From contig JAQGPJ010000062.1 of the NCBI GenBank assembly GCA_028293125.1, positions 2,514-66,513 of the forward strand: a stretch of DNA of 64,000 bases, in the 5' to 3' direction. The stretch comes from Verrucomicrobiales bacterium (lineage in GTDB: Bacteria; Verrucomicrobiota; Verrucomicrobiia; Verrucomicrobiales; V1-33). Below are positions 28,364 to 38,900 of the stretch, piece by piece. The notes beneath the pieces are model-generated. The model was not told the DNA's origin and did not search any database. It saw nothing but the letters and a program-made list of their open reading frames with translations. Made by a program: the position numbers and the translations under genes. Every line of letters starts with the position of its first letter. Within the stretch, counting starts at the first letter, position 1.

Positions 28364-30387
28364 GGCGTCGCCGTATGGGTGGAACTGTAGGCCTGCCGCT
28401 CGTGGGTGGGCGTTTTCGGAAAGGCCAGAGTTAGCCGCCTGTCCTGCAAAAGCCCGGTGAGATAGTGATCACGCAGCGCCTGCGGGTTTCGGTGCACGAG
28501 CTCCGCAAGACAGCGCAAAACCACAAAGCGTCCCTCGCAGAGCTTTAAAATGGCCTCGATCATGACCGGTCGGGGTACTTTGGCCTTGGAACGGGGAAGG
28601 GCAGCCAAAGACTCTAAAGCACCGCGAAGATCCGCGCTCAGGACACCCAAGTCATCAATGACTGGCAGATTCAGCTGTTCAGAGAGCAGGCACCCATCCG
28701 GGTCCCGAGTCCCTGTTAAATGTGGGGAGCTCGGCTCCAAATGTGGGGAGCTCGGCTCCAAATGTGGGAAGCTCGGCTCCAAATGTGGGAAGCTCGGCTC
28801 CAAATTCGGGGAGCTCGGCTCCAAATTCGGGGAGCTTGCAGTTGGAATTCGGGGAGCAGGCCCCAGCACATTATCCGGAGTGGGAATAACCTCTCCCGGA
28901 AGATGGTAAACAGCCCCCCGCCCGCCGGTGGATTCCAGCATTCCGGTTTGGGTCAGATGCCGGAGTGTTTTCGACAAGTCCACGGGGTGCTCGGTCGTGA
29001 CCGCCCGCAGCCGGGCGTGATTCACCGTCCCCTCACTGCCGGCCAAGGCCAGCGCCACCCGCTCCACATAGCTGAGCCGGTCAAACTCGCTGCCGAACCT
29101 CCGCTTCAAACCCGCCATCACCTTCTCGGGGAAAAGGTCGATCATCCGCAGCTCCAGAAGCGTCTGCAGGTACGGCACCGGGGTATCGTGCAGATTGGGG
29201 GGACTCCAGTGCTGGGTCCGCCAGCCCTTCAGGATTTTTGGAATGCCCGTGCCCGCCTGCTCCCCGACCCCGACAAGGCGGAACATTTTGTGCAGGGTGC
29301 GGTTCCGGCAGTCCGGCTCGCCGCCTTGGAGCGCCACCTCCACCGGGACGCGCATCAGCCCGGGATTCCGGAAGACGAATCGATCGGGATGCTTCACCAC
29401 CCGGACGGAGGCGCGGTCGGAATAGTCGGCATGCACCAGCACATTCGCCAAAGCCTCGCGCAGGGCCTCATGCACCGGGGTTTCCTCCTTCCGCTCCCCC
29501 TTCACCAGATGGAAGGGGACCTTCAGATCGGCGGTGAGCTTGAGATAAACCCGGCGGTAAAAATCAAAAAGATTGCCCGACCATTTCCCGTCCAGCGTCA
29601 GGCGGTCGATCCACCGCGTCTCCGTTTTGGCCTCCGGCCGCTCCTGGTAGTCCAGCATGTAGTTGGGCAGCTCCTCCTGAATGGCGGTGAACTGTCCGAA
29701 CATCAGCAGACCGGCCAGCGTCAGCCCGCTGTCCCCGGTTTCCCGATCCTTCCTCCAGCCACCGATGAGCCTCAAAAATTCCCGGTCCTCCTCGGCGATC
29801 CAGGGATGCCCGGGATCGCGGCTGGAAAAGATCTGCCGATAAGCCCGGAAGCTCTCCCTATCGAGATCCTCCATGCCGTAACCGCGCGGTATGCGCTCAT
29901 CCCGGCTGTCCTGCACCTGCTCCGCCAGCATCCGTCTCACCTCCTCGTCCGTCAGTGAATGGTCCCCGTCGTTGAGCCGCCGGAAGGTATGGCCCGCAAA
30001 GGGATTGGTCGTCAGGTGGACCGGCTGCTGCCGGCGGGTGGCCCGCGGGATTTCGATCACGATGACCGTCCGGCCATCAAACGTCACCTCCCGCACATGA
30101 GCGTCCGTCAGCAGATTCACACTCACCTTCTGCCGGTTGTTCAGCGCGACAAACAGGTCTTTGCGCACTTTTGCCACATCCACCACTCCTTCAACGCAAA
30201 ACTGTTCCCCCTTCTCCCGGATCCCGAGCAGCACAAGCCCGCCCCCCGTGTTGCCAAAAGCACTGTAGGTGGGCCAGAAATCCTCGGGCAGGGCACCCCT
30301 GCCATCCCGGCCCGCCGCCAGCTTGCATTCCAGATCCACGGATTCCCGGATCAGCTCAAGGTCGGCGATGGATTCGATCCGGATCAT
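28360..30387 (-). CDS. AlbA_2 (Schlafen-like 'divergent AAA') + HATPase_c_4 + wHTH protein, commonly mis-annotated as RecG-like helicase or transcriptional regulator
   Basis: N-terminus [42 protein letters not shown] (AlbA_2). Central ...[18 protein letters not shown] ... FRNPG ... [26 protein letters not shown] (HATPase_c_4). A wHTH follows, then a heptapeptide tandem repeat, then a ~110-aa C-terminal domain. The stop overlaps the hsdR start (ATGA at 28360-28363). Confidence 0.8.
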   Translation of the reverse strand: MIRIESIADLELIRESVDLECKLAAGRDGRGALPEDFWPTYSAFGNTGGGLVLLGIREKGEQFCVEGVVDVAKVRKDLFVALNNRQKVSVNLLTDAHVREVTFDGRTVIVIEIPRATRRQQPVHLTTNPFAGHTFRRLNDGDHSLTDEEVRRMLAEQVQDSRDERIPRGYGMEDLDRESFRAYRQIFSSRDPGHPWIAEEDREFLRLIGGWRKDRETGDSGLTLAGLLMFGQFTAIQEELPNYMLDYQERPEAKTETRWIDRLTLDGKWSGNLFDFYRRVYLKLTADLKVPFHLVKGERKEETPVHEALREALANVLVHADYSDRASVRVVKHPDRFVFRNPGLMRVPVEVALQGGEPDCRNRTLHKMFRLVGVGEQAGTGIPKILKGWRTQHWSPPNLHDTPVPYLQTLLELRMIDLFPEKVMAGLKRRFGSEFDRLSYVERVALALAGSEGTVNHARLRAVTTEHPVDLSKTLRHLTQTGMLESTGGRGAVYHLPGEVIPTPDNVLGPAPRIPTASSPNLEPSSPNLEPSFPHLEPSFPHLEPSSPHLEPSSPHLTGTRDPDGCLLSEQLNLPVIDDLGVLSADLRGALESLAALPRSKAKVPRPVMIEAILKLCEGRFVVLRCLAELVHRNPQALRDHYLTGLLQDRRLTLAFPKTPTHERQAYSSTHTATP
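28720..28845 (-). repeat. In-frame 21-bp tandem repeat, six units (AABBCC pattern), encoding the heptapeptides LEPSSPH / LEPSFPH / LEPSSPN
   Basis: Plus-strand units: atgtggggagctcggctccaa x2 (28720, 28741), atgtgggaagctcggctccaa x2 (28762, 28783), attcggggagctcggctccaa (28804), attcggggagcttgcagttgg (28825, degenerate), and a partial 7th unit to ~28858. Confidence 0.9.
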
Positions 30388-30401
30388 GCGGTGGACACGG
30401 G

Positions 30402-31787
30402 TTAGGCTAGAAGAGAGGCCACGCTTAATTCCCCGCTTAGCAGCTTGGGCAGGAGGGTGTCACGGAGGGCGGCGAGGGTGCGGGATTGAGTGCGGTTGGA
30501 ATCGATTTGATCGAACCAGGAACGAGTAAGTTTATCAAATGCCGTTAGCACTCGCACAGAGGGATGAAGCACGTTGACTGCCTCCAAGTGCCCTTTCGTA
30601 ATGGCATGACGTGTCGCCCCTGCACTCATCCCCATAAGCAGGGATTTCAGTGACGGCTGGACAAGGTATAAGTGCAGATAGCGCGGGGGCATGTCTTGGA
30701 TTGCCCGGATGATGGCAACATGCTGGTTCACCCGTGCAGGAAGCACCGCCGGATCAACAACGCAGGTTCTTAGAATGGAGTCTCCTGTGATATTGATCAG
30801 AACATCATTCTTCATCACCTCCACATTTTTTAATTCCTTCGCGCTTTTATCTGTTAAACGAACCAAACCGCTCCATTGAAATTCATAATCGTAAACATTT
30901 TGACTTCGAATGAGCGCAGAACCCTCCTCAACATAGACCTCACTTCCCCCGCGAGGCGTTGCACCACTTCCAATTTTGGAGGTGAGATCCTTTAGCTTAG
31001 TTATTTTCCAGCCTTGCGGGATAGGGCCTAGTTCCGAATCGTGGAACGAGCTTGGGAACAGGGCGGCAGTGTCGGGGTTGAGATTGGGGGACTGACGACC
31101 GTCGAGTTTGGCGCGGACGGGGTCGAAATCCACGAACCAGCTTTGGAACAGCGCCCGTGCCATCGCCTCCAGCGTCGCGTTCATCCGCCGGTTCAGTTCG
31201 ATCTTATCATCCAGCGCCCCAAGCACCGCCGCGATAGCTTTTTGCTCCGGAAGGGGCGGAGACGGAATGACCAACTCCTCAATCATTGACTTTGTAAGAG
31301 CGGGCCGAGTAGCTCCTGCTGACGCCAGAGCCAACAATCGCGACTGAAATTTAGACGAAATCAGGACGCAGTGAAGAAAACGAGCATCCAGTAATTTTGG
31401 ATGAGGACGAATTATCGCAACATGTTGATTCACTCGAGCGGGCAGGACATCTGTGGCAATTTGGCAACAACGAGCCACCGAATCTCCAGTGATATTCAGT
31501 AAAACATCATTCGCCTTAACCTCAACATTGCGAAGCGCGGCTGACTGGTCATCATCGATATAAACAAGCCCGTCGCGATGAAACCCTTCGTTATAAATGT
31601 TTTGGCTGCGAATAAGTGCGGTTGCCCCACCTTTGTAGGCTTCTTTGCCACCGCGAGGCGTCGCTCCGCTGCCTATCTTCACGCACGCGTGTCGAAGCAT
31701 TATGGTTTCTTCAGCCGCCATACCCAATTCCCCCCAAGTTGGCTTTGATGGACTGCTCCAGTCTCGCGGACTCGGCAAATTGGACAT
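30402..31787 (-). CDS. hsdS: Type I restriction-modification specificity subunit
   Basis: Two target-recognition halves (each with [10 protein letters not shown] ... ALIRSQN ... NITGDS ... [14 protein letters not shown]). They are separated by the conserved helical spacer [43 protein letters not shown] and followed by a C-terminal conserved helix. The start is uncertain: 31787 overlaps hsdM by 77 nt, with alternatives at 31721 and 31700. Confidence 0.85.
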   Translation of the reverse strand: MSNLPSPRDWSSPSKPTWGELGMAAEETIMLRHACVKIGSGATPRGGKEAYKGGATALIRSQNIYNEGFHRDGLVYIDDDQSAALRNVEVKANDVLLNITGDSVARCCQIATDVLPARVNQHVAIIRPHPKLLDARFLHCVLISSKFQSRLLALASAGATRPALTKSMIEELVIPSPPLPEQKAIAAVLGALDDKIELNRRMNATLEAMARALFQSWFVDFDPVRAKLDGRQSPNLNPDTAALFPSSFHDSELGPIPQGWKITKLKDLTSKIGSGATPRGGSEVYVEEGSALIRSQNVYDYEFQWSGLVRLTDKSAKELKNVEVMKNDVLINITGDSILRTCVVDPAVLPARVNQHVAIIRAIQDMPPRYLHLYLVQPSLKSLLMGMSAGATRHAITKGHLEAVNVLHPSVRVLTAFDKLTRSWFDQIDSNRTQSRTLAALRDTLLPKLLSGELSVASLLA

Positions 31788-33306
31788 TCAGCTCCGCAAC
31801 AAGTCTCGTCATCTTCTCCTCAAATGGCTCGCCATCATCCTCCTCATCTGCCGCGCCCACATAGCGACCGGGCGTGAGGACGTGCCCATGGGCAACGATT
31901 TCAGCGGCGGTGGCGGATTTGCAAAAACCTGGATAATCCTCATACTCGCCGCCCTCTGGATCGCCGCGCCAAGCGTGGTAGGTGGTGACAATCTTCTCAA
32001 GGTCCTCGTCCATCAGTTCGCGGTGCACGCGGTCGATGAGGGTGCCCAGTTTCCGGGCGTCGATGAAGAGGGTTTCCTTGCGGCGGTCGCGGAAATGGCG
32101 TTTAGCATCCGCTGCCTTGCTTCTGGTCAGGAACCACAGGCAGACCGGAATCTGCGTGCTGTAGAACAGCTGGCCGGGGAGGGCCACCATGCAGTCCACG
32201 AGGTCGGCCTCGATAATGGCTTTGCGGATCTCCCCCTCGCCGGACTGGTTGGAGCTCATGCTGCCATTGGCGAGGACAAAGCCGGCCATGCCATGCGGGG
32301 CGAGGTGGTGAATGAAATGCTGCACCCAAGCGAAATTGGCATTTCCCTTGGGCGGGACGCCGTATTGCCAGCGCACGTCATCATCTTTGCGGAACCAGTC
32401 GGAATCGTTGAAGGGCGGATTCGCGAGGACGTAGTCGGCGCGGAGGTCGGGGTGGAGATCGCGGCGGAAGGTGTCGGCGTGCTCAGGGCCGAAATCAGCC
32501 TCGATGCCCCGCAGGGCCAGATTCATCACCGCGAGGCGGCGGGTGGTGGCGTTGCTTTCCTGACCGTAGATGCTGATATCCCCGAGCTTGCCGCCATGGG
32601 ACTCCACAAACTTCTCCGACTGCACAAACATGCCGCCGGATCCGCAGGCGGGGTCGTAGATGCGGCCTTTGTAGGGAGCCAGCATCTCCACCAGACAGCG
32701 CACGATACAGGACGGGGTGTAGAACTGTCCGCCGTTCTTGCCTTCGGCGCTGGCGAAACGGGTGAGGAAATATTCGTAAACCCGCCCCAGCAGATCCACG
32801 GAGCGGTGGGTTTTCTCCCCCTCGCTGGCGGCGGTGAGGTTGATGCCGGCAATGAGGTCAATCAATTCGCCGAGCCGCGTCTTGTCCAGGCCGGGGCGGG
32901 CGTAGTCCTTGGGCAGCACCCCTTTGAGACGCGGGTTGTCGCGCTCGATGGCCACCATGGCGTCATCCACGGTTTTGCCGATATCCGGCTGCTTGGCACT
33001 CGACTGAAGGTGGGACCAGCGGCCCTCCTTCGGCACCCAGAAAACGTTCTCCGCCTTGTATTCATCCGCGTCCTCGGGATTGGCGCCCTCATACTCCCCC
33101 TTGCCGGCGACCAGCTTGGCGCGGTGCTCCTCAAAGGTGTCGGAGATGTATTTCAGGAAAATCAGCCCCAGCACCACGTGCTTGTATTCCGCCGCGTCCA
33201 TGTTGTTGCGCAGCTTGTCGGCGGCCAGCCAGAGTTTGGCCTCGAAGCCGATTCTGGCGCTGGAGTCTTTGGAGAAGGTGGTGGTGGACTTGGAACGGGC
33301 GGGCAT
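31711..33306 (-). CDS. hsdM: Type I restriction-modification N6-adenine DNA methyltransferase subunit
   Basis: Preferred ATG at 33306 ([11 protein letters not shown]...). HsdM N-terminal domain [32 protein letters not shown], AdoMet motif [11 protein letters not shown], catalytic motif VLANPPFN. Confidence 0.95.
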   Translation of the reverse strand: MPARSKSTTTFSKDSSARIGFEAKLWLAADKLRNNMDAAEYKHVVLGLIFLKYISDTFEEHRAKLVAGKGEYEGANPEDADEYKAENVFWVPKEGRWSHLQSSAKQPDIGKTVDDAMVAIERDNPRLKGVLPKDYARPGLDKTRLGELIDLIAGINLTAASEGEKTHRSVDLLGRVYEYFLTRFASAEGKNGGQFYTPSCIVRCLVEMLAPYKGRIYDPACGSGGMFVQSEKFVESHGGKLGDISIYGQESNATTRRLAVMNLALRGIEADFGPEHADTFRRDLHPDLRADYVLANPPFNDSDWFRKDDDVRWQYGVPPKGNANFAWVQHFIHHLAPHGMAGFVLANGSMSSNQSGEGEIRKAIIEADLVDCMVALPGQLFYSTQIPVCLWFLTRSKAADAKRHFRDRRKETLFIDARKLGTLIDRVHRELMDEDLEKIVTTYHAWRGDPEGGEYEDYPGFCKSATAAEIVAHGHVLTPGRYVGAADEEDDGEPFEEKMTRLVAELNVQFAESARLEQSIKANLGGIGYGG

Positions 33307-33799
33307 AGGCGGGATGACGGATTCTGGAAAGGTTGGGAATAATCGCAAGCCATCCTGTGTTATATTCCGATTTTCAACGCCCACTCATCAGGAGGTTATC
33401 GTCCGTCCATCCTGCCCCGCGCCGTCGTGCCCGCCTGTCACTTTGCCGACGGGCTGAGGCTGGGCCCGGACCGGGGCATGCTCGGGGACGGGAGCCCTGC
33501 GCCGGTGAGGGCTATGACGGGCATTGCACCGATGAACCAGATACTCGGATGGGAAGAGCAGGACGCTCAGGATAAAGAGGACCAAGCCGGGTCTTCGCCA
33601 CAGAGGCAGGTATGACACCCAAGGCGGCTTACGGGAGTTTCTTTTCACGCCGAATCATCCGTCCGGCGCGCTGGCCCGCAATGCCGGCTTGTCAGGATTT
33701 CATTTTCAACTTGGCGCGTGTCTGGCGACAAATCCCGCCACCCGAAGCCTACTGTTATTTCCTATTTACCGTAAACACCTCATTTTGAGCGTTTTACAA

Positions 33800-33874
33800 T
33801 GGAGCCGGTGAGCGGATTTGAACCGCTGACCCGCGCATTACGAATGCGCTGCTCTACCACTGAGCTACACCGGC
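33800..33874 (-). tRNA. tRNA-Thr (anticodon CGU), 75 nt with encoded CCA
   Basis: The reverse complement GCCGGTGTAGCTCAGTGGTAGAGCAGCGCATTCGTAATGCGCGGGTCAGCGGTTCAAATCCGCTCACCGGCTCCA folds as a canonical cloverleaf with anticodon loop TTCGTAA. Confidence 0.9.
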
Positions 33875-33978
33875 GGGGCGGAAATTGGCCGTCGGGGAAT
33901 CTGCCTGGGGGCAGCGGGGTGTCAAGCGGTGGTTGGATTTTGGACGGGCTTTTTAGCGGGGAGCGGACGGGAGCGAGT

Positions 33979-35604
33979 TCACTGGGGCTTTTCCTCCGGT
34001 TTGGCGTTTTCGGAGGCGGGCGTGGGTGGGGCGGCGGGTGAGGGAGTGGAAGGGCTGGAGCCGGGGGCAGCAGCGGCAGCGGCGGGTGAGGCGGTGTTGG
34101 AAGTGGTGGCGGCGGACGCGCGGAGGTCGTAGCAGATGAGCCGCGCGGGTTTGGCACTGAGGCGGTCGTCCTCGTTTTGGGAGACGTAAAGGAGGCCGTG
34201 GCTGAGGGCGGGGAGCGTCCAAGTCTGCTGGGCGGTGAAGAGCTGGGCGGTGGAGGAGCGTTTGGCGCCTTGGGGGGTCAGGTCCAGCCAGCAGAGGGTG
34301 CCCCATTCCCCCTGACAGAGGAAGCGGGAGCCCACTTTGAGCAGGCTGGCGCGGTAGAGGCCCATGGGGATGGTGCGGCCTTCAGGGCTGTGGTATTCCC
34401 ACTCCATCCTCTCGCGCCACAGGCGCTTGCCGGTGGTGGCGTCATAACAGACCAGGTCGCACTGGCGCTCCTTCTCGCCGGAGAAGGCGTAGAGGTGGCC
34501 GGCATCATACACCGGAGTCATGAAATGGCAGCCGAAGTCAGGATCGTGCCAGACCTCCGAGAGCTTGCCGTCGGCGTCGCTTTTCAGCATCACGCCCCCG
34601 TTTTGAGGATGCCCGCGGTCCACATAGGATTGAGTGATGAACACATGGTCGTTCCCGCAGAGTACGGGGGTGGAGGCGTTCACACTGGGATAGCGGCGGG
34701 CGCGCCAGGGATAATTGCTTTCGATTTTCCCCTGCTCCGGATCGATCACGAGCAGACCGCCGATGGCGGGATCGCTTTTGCCGCCCGTGAAAAACATCAC
34801 CCGGTCCTGCCCGTGCCATGGGGCGGGGATGGGGGAGGCGTAGCTCTGGCCCCACTCGTGGCGGGCGATCCATTTCTCCGCGCCCGTCGCCTTGTCAAAA
34901 GCCACTACGCACTGGCCATCGCCTCCGCCCACATTCGCCAGCACCAGCGGACCATGCACCAGCGGGCTGGAGCCGGCTCCGAAGAAGTTTTTCGTCATGT
35001 CATACTTCGTCTGGCAGTCCACCTCCCAGACCACTTTGCCGTCGGCCAGATCGAGGCATTTCAGCCAGCCCGTGACGCCGAAGGTGTAGACCCGGCCATT
35101 CTCAATGACCGGACCCGCGCGGGGGCCGTCGCTGTAGCCGAAGTCATCGCGGTAGGGTGCGGGATAGGAATAGGACCACAGGCGCTTGCCGGACTCCGGC
35201 TCCAGACAGTCCACGGTTTCGTTCTCCTTCAGCCGGTGGAACAGCACCAGCTTTCCCTTGGCGATGGCGGGACTGGCGTAGCCGCTGCCCTTGGGCATTT
35301 CCCAGACCATGGGCGGGCCGGATTCCGGCCAATCCTGCAGGATGCCGGTCTCACCGGAAACGGGGGTGTTGCGCGATCCCAGAAACCGTGGCCAGTCCTC
35401 CTGTTTGGCCCCCTCCGGCACCGGGCGGGGAGCGGCATGGAGCACCGCCGCCGGTCCAGCAGCATCAGCTGCCGTCACTGGCTGAGGCGGAGACGCCGCT
35501 TGGTCAGCGGCCTTCAAAGGGGAAACCCATACCATCAGTGCCAGCGGCGGAACCGCCAGCAGAGTGAGGCATGAACGCGGAATCAACGATGGTGACAGGG
35601 ACAT
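33979..35604 (-). CDS. Secreted PQQ-like beta-propeller repeat protein with Ala/Pro/Ser-rich C-terminal tail
   Basis: ATG at 35604 (MSLSPSLIPRSCLTLLAVPPLALMVWVSPLKA, signal-like). Repeated beta-propeller blades of the type GKLVLFHRLKENETVDCLEPESGKRLW and GRVYTFGVTGWLKCLDLADGKVVW. Confidence 0.75.
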   Translation of the reverse strand: MSLSPSLIPRSCLTLLAVPPLALMVWVSPLKAADQAASPPQPVTAADAAGPAAVLHAAPRPVPEGAKQEDWPRFLGSRNTPVSGETGILQDWPESGPPMVWEMPKGSGYASPAIAKGKLVLFHRLKENETVDCLEPESGKRLWSYSYPAPYRDDFGYSDGPRAGPVIENGRVYTFGVTGWLKCLDLADGKVVWEVDCQTKYDMTKNFFGAGSSPLVHGPLVLANVGGGDGQCVVAFDKATGAEKWIARHEWGQSYASPIPAPWHGQDRVMFFTGGKSDPAIGGLLVIDPEQGKIESNYPWRARRYPSVNASTPVLCGNDHVFITQSYVDRGHPQNGGVMLKSDADGKLSEVWHDPDFGCHFMTPVYDAGHLYAFSGEKERQCDLVCYDATTGKRLWRERMEWEYHSPEGRTIPMGLYRASLLKVGSRFLCQGEWGTLCWLDLTPQGAKRSSTAQLFTAQQTWTLPALSHGLLYVSQNEDDRLSAKPARLICYDLRASAATTSNTASPAAAAAAPGSSPSTPSPAAPPTPASENAKPEEKPQ

Positions 35605-35942
35605 GGGAGGATTGTTGCCACGCCCGGCCCCTCCGAGCAATCTCTGAGAGAGGTAAAAGGGTTCGGGGTTGGGGGGTATTGGTTATTGGGTGCCGGGCTC
35701 ATGGATTCACGGGGTTCGGAAGCTTGGAACAGCCTCTTTCCACTCCAGGCAGCGTTCAGTTTGTCACTCAGTCCATCCGGCAGCCACCCAAGCCTGTAAA
35801 AGCCCGGAATGCCGGCGGGTGCTGAAGGGAGTGATGTGCGGAGCCCACCGCATCCATCACCACCACAACACGCGCCCCGCCGACATTCCGAAATTTCATC
35901 CACCCGCCATGCACCGTTCCATTCCATTCCATGCCGCTCAGC

Positions 35943-38900
35943 TCAGCGCGGGGCGGCCTTCAGCCGCACAAAGAGCCGCACCGCTTCGGGCGCGGGGAGC
36001 CGCCAAGTCTGCATGAGGCCGTTGCCGCTGGGAACAGAGGATGCCAGCACCGCGCCCGCCGCCGGCGTCCACTGGGCAAAATCCGGGGAGGTCTCGATGG
36101 TATACGCCAAGCTGTCCGCATTGGCGGCGCGTGGAAAGGTGAAGAGCAGACCGCCGGCGTCTCGGGTCAACTGCGTGGCCGATCCGGTGTCCGGCACGCT
36201 GTCACTGGTGCCCAGGGCAAACTCCAGCAGGGCACTGAGGCCGTCCCCGTCGGCGTCCGCCGTGGGGTTGCCGGTGAAGGGGGAGGCGGTGTCCGAGCCA
36301 TCGGGGTTGCCGCCGGATGTCATGCTGGCGCGCCAGCCGGAGGCCAGATTCCAGTCCGCCGCCGCCACTGATAACTGCGGGGCGATCAGCACCAGGCTCC
36401 GGCCCTCCCCGTCCGCCGACTGCGGCCAGGGAGCGGTGTCGCTGTAGGTGAACGACTGGATCACCCGGCCGGAGGCATCTGTCAGCGTAAGGGTCTCACC
36501 GGAATTCCTCAGCGAGTCCCCCGGGCCGTAGGTCCCCCCCACCCGTGCCGCGGCTCCGTAGCGCGCTTGGAAGGCGGCTGGATTCCGCACTACCAGAATG
36601 TTCTCCCCCGCCGCCAGCACCGTGGACGCCGTGAAAGTGAAATCCACGCCGGCGGTGAAGCCGCAGCCACTGATGTCCAGCGGCAGGGAGCCCGTGTTCC
36701 GCAACTCGATGAACTCAAAATCCTCCGCGTCCGCACTGACCGCCAGCTCCGCCGGGGAAGGATTGGAGGGATGATACATCAGCTCGGTGACCCGCAGGAA
36801 ATCCACGGGGAGCGGCACCGCGCCGGTGCTGGTGATGGTGATGGTTTTCTCCGCGATTTGAACTCCTTGGAAATCCAGCGCCTGAAGCGTCAGGAGATTG
36901 GCTCCGGCCTTCAGGGGAAGGGTCAGCTGCCAGGCTTTGTCCGTGGTCCACACCGCGTCCAGGATCTCTCCGGTGTCCGCCCGGCGGAAGGTCCGCACAT
37001 TGATCCAGCCCGTGCCCGCCAGCGTGGCCGACGGGGTGTCCACCGTGAAGTCCGCACCGCCATTGGTGGTGATGGCGAAGGGCACGGCGGCCGGCAGCCG
37101 GGCGGCGGCCATCAGATAGTTCCGCCGGGAATTGATATAGGAGGCCTGCCCGGCCATGGACTGGCCCGCCACCTTGCCGTAATGCGTCAGCCAGGGCGTC
37201 ATGTAGGCGCTGTTGAACACCGTATTGCACAGATCCTGCAGATGCCCGTAATAGGCCCGCTTGGCCGCGCCGTTGGCGTTGATAAAGCGCAGCAGATTGC
37301 CCCCGGCCACCAGCGCGGGGGTGGTGGGAGCCTTGTAAAACACAAAGTCCATGTCCCACGGCAGCACTTGGATGCCCGTTCCGTCCCGCGGCACCCACAG
37401 GCGGAGATTGTGCTGGAAGCCGCCGGTCAGATAGCAGTCCTCCAGCCCGCACAGGGAATACAGCGCGGCGCAGCGCATCCACTCGTCTACATCCATCCGG
37501 GCGGCCACCTGGGTGCTCAGGTTGGCGGTGGACGTCTGGGACATGGCTTTGCAGAAGGCGATCAGGCCCGTGTAGTCATCATACTTCCGTCCGGCGCGCG
37601 GCTCCAGCTGCCCCCGGTATTGCTCCTTGTCGTTGCCCAGGTCCGTGAAGTCGGCGGCGAGCTGGGTGGCCAGCGGCACCGGATTTTTCAGGCTCTCCAC
37701 ATTCCCGGCCACGCTGGTGGTGGACGGCTCATAGGTCACCTCCAGATTGAAGACCGTGCCCTCCGCGCCATCATACTGGGAATCCACAAAGGTCTTCTCA
37801 TACCCCGCCATCTGGAGAATGGCGGTCCCGGTGTAGGTGGGGGTGGGGGCCACGAAATAAATCAGGTCGTCATACGTGCAGGGCAGCCCCGCGCGGTGGA
37901 ACATGTGCTTCACATAGATCTCGTCCCGCCCGCCCGCCGTGGGCGAGCGCCCGCTGCGGTCAATATTCACGCTGTCGTGCACCCCGCGGAAAAGCTGGTC
38001 GCTGTGGAAGCCCACATCAAACCCCGTGTAGAGATCGCCATCCCGGATGCGGCCCGCCGCCGTACCCTGCAGGCGCACCCCGATGTCATAAAACATCTCA
38101 TTCCGCTGGTAAACCACGGTGCCGCCGATGCGTCCGTCGCTCAACCGGTTCACGGTGGCCAGCAGCCCGGTGCGGTCCGCCGGCAGCATCAGCACCCGGA
38201 ATTCGTGGGCGCCCAGGGCGGTGCCGACGCCGTCATTCACCACATACAGCGCCCGCGAGGCTGGACCCGACGCCGGCAGGGCGCTGATGGCTCCGGCGCT
38301 GTCCGCCGCCTCCACATAAAACTGCACGAGGGCTTTGGCCGCCTGCCCTGGAATCACCCCCGTGTAAAAGCCGCCGTCCACCGTGGTCATGGGCACCGTG
38401 GTGAAGGTGGTCCCTCCGTTGAGGGCATAATACAGATTCACGGCTCCCAGCCCGTCCGGATCCTGGGCCCGCACGGTCACCGTCACCGGCGCATTGGCGG
38501 CGGGGATCACCGGGGCATGGGACAGTCCGGCCAGCGCCGGCCCGATATTGGCCGCCGCTGTGGCATTGACCCTGCCCGGCGAACCCAACCGCGTGGGAAT
38601 GGTCAGCGCAGTGGTGGCCGCCAGACGGGAATAGTATCCCCGGCTGTTCAGCAGATTACAGCCTCCCAGCCACTTCGTCCGGAAGGTCACGGTGTAGCTC
38701 TGCCCCTCCACCAAGGGCGTGTTCAGCGACGCGCCTTTCCAAGTGGTTTCAATATGGTTGTGGTTGAAGGCGAACGGTCCGGTGCTGCGGACGTGCAGCA
38801 CATGGTTGCCGGAATTGCCCGGCTCCTCCTCCACCGCGCTGGCTCCGTGGTTGCCCAGCATCCGCCACTTGGTGGCCAGGGATTCAAAATCACCGCCTTG

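Larger units (their letters stand above)
21687..33799. other. Putative genomic (defence) island abutting the 3' end of tRNA-Thr
   Basis: All genes in the interval are R-M, abortive-infection-like or TA-like. GC is visibly lower at 21.7-24.7 kb and in hsdS. AT-rich non-coding DNA at 21.85-22.3 kb forms the far border. No integrase or att repeat was identified. Confidence 0.5.

Noticed and set aside
28720-28858. Regularly spaced 21-bp repeats considered as a CRISPR array
   Set aside because: The units are directly adjacent with no spacers, are only 21 bp long, and are in-frame within a well-supported CDS. This is a coding minisatellite, not a CRISPR array. No cas genes are in the window.
33388-33648. 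86-aa minus-strand ORF between tRNA-Thr and hsdM (MKRNSRKPPWVSYLPLWRRPGLVLFILSVLLFP...)
   Set aside because: It has one plausible TM helix, but the remaining ~50 residues are Arg/Pro/His-rich and shadow-like. No homology or coupling signal was seen, so it is not reported as a feature.
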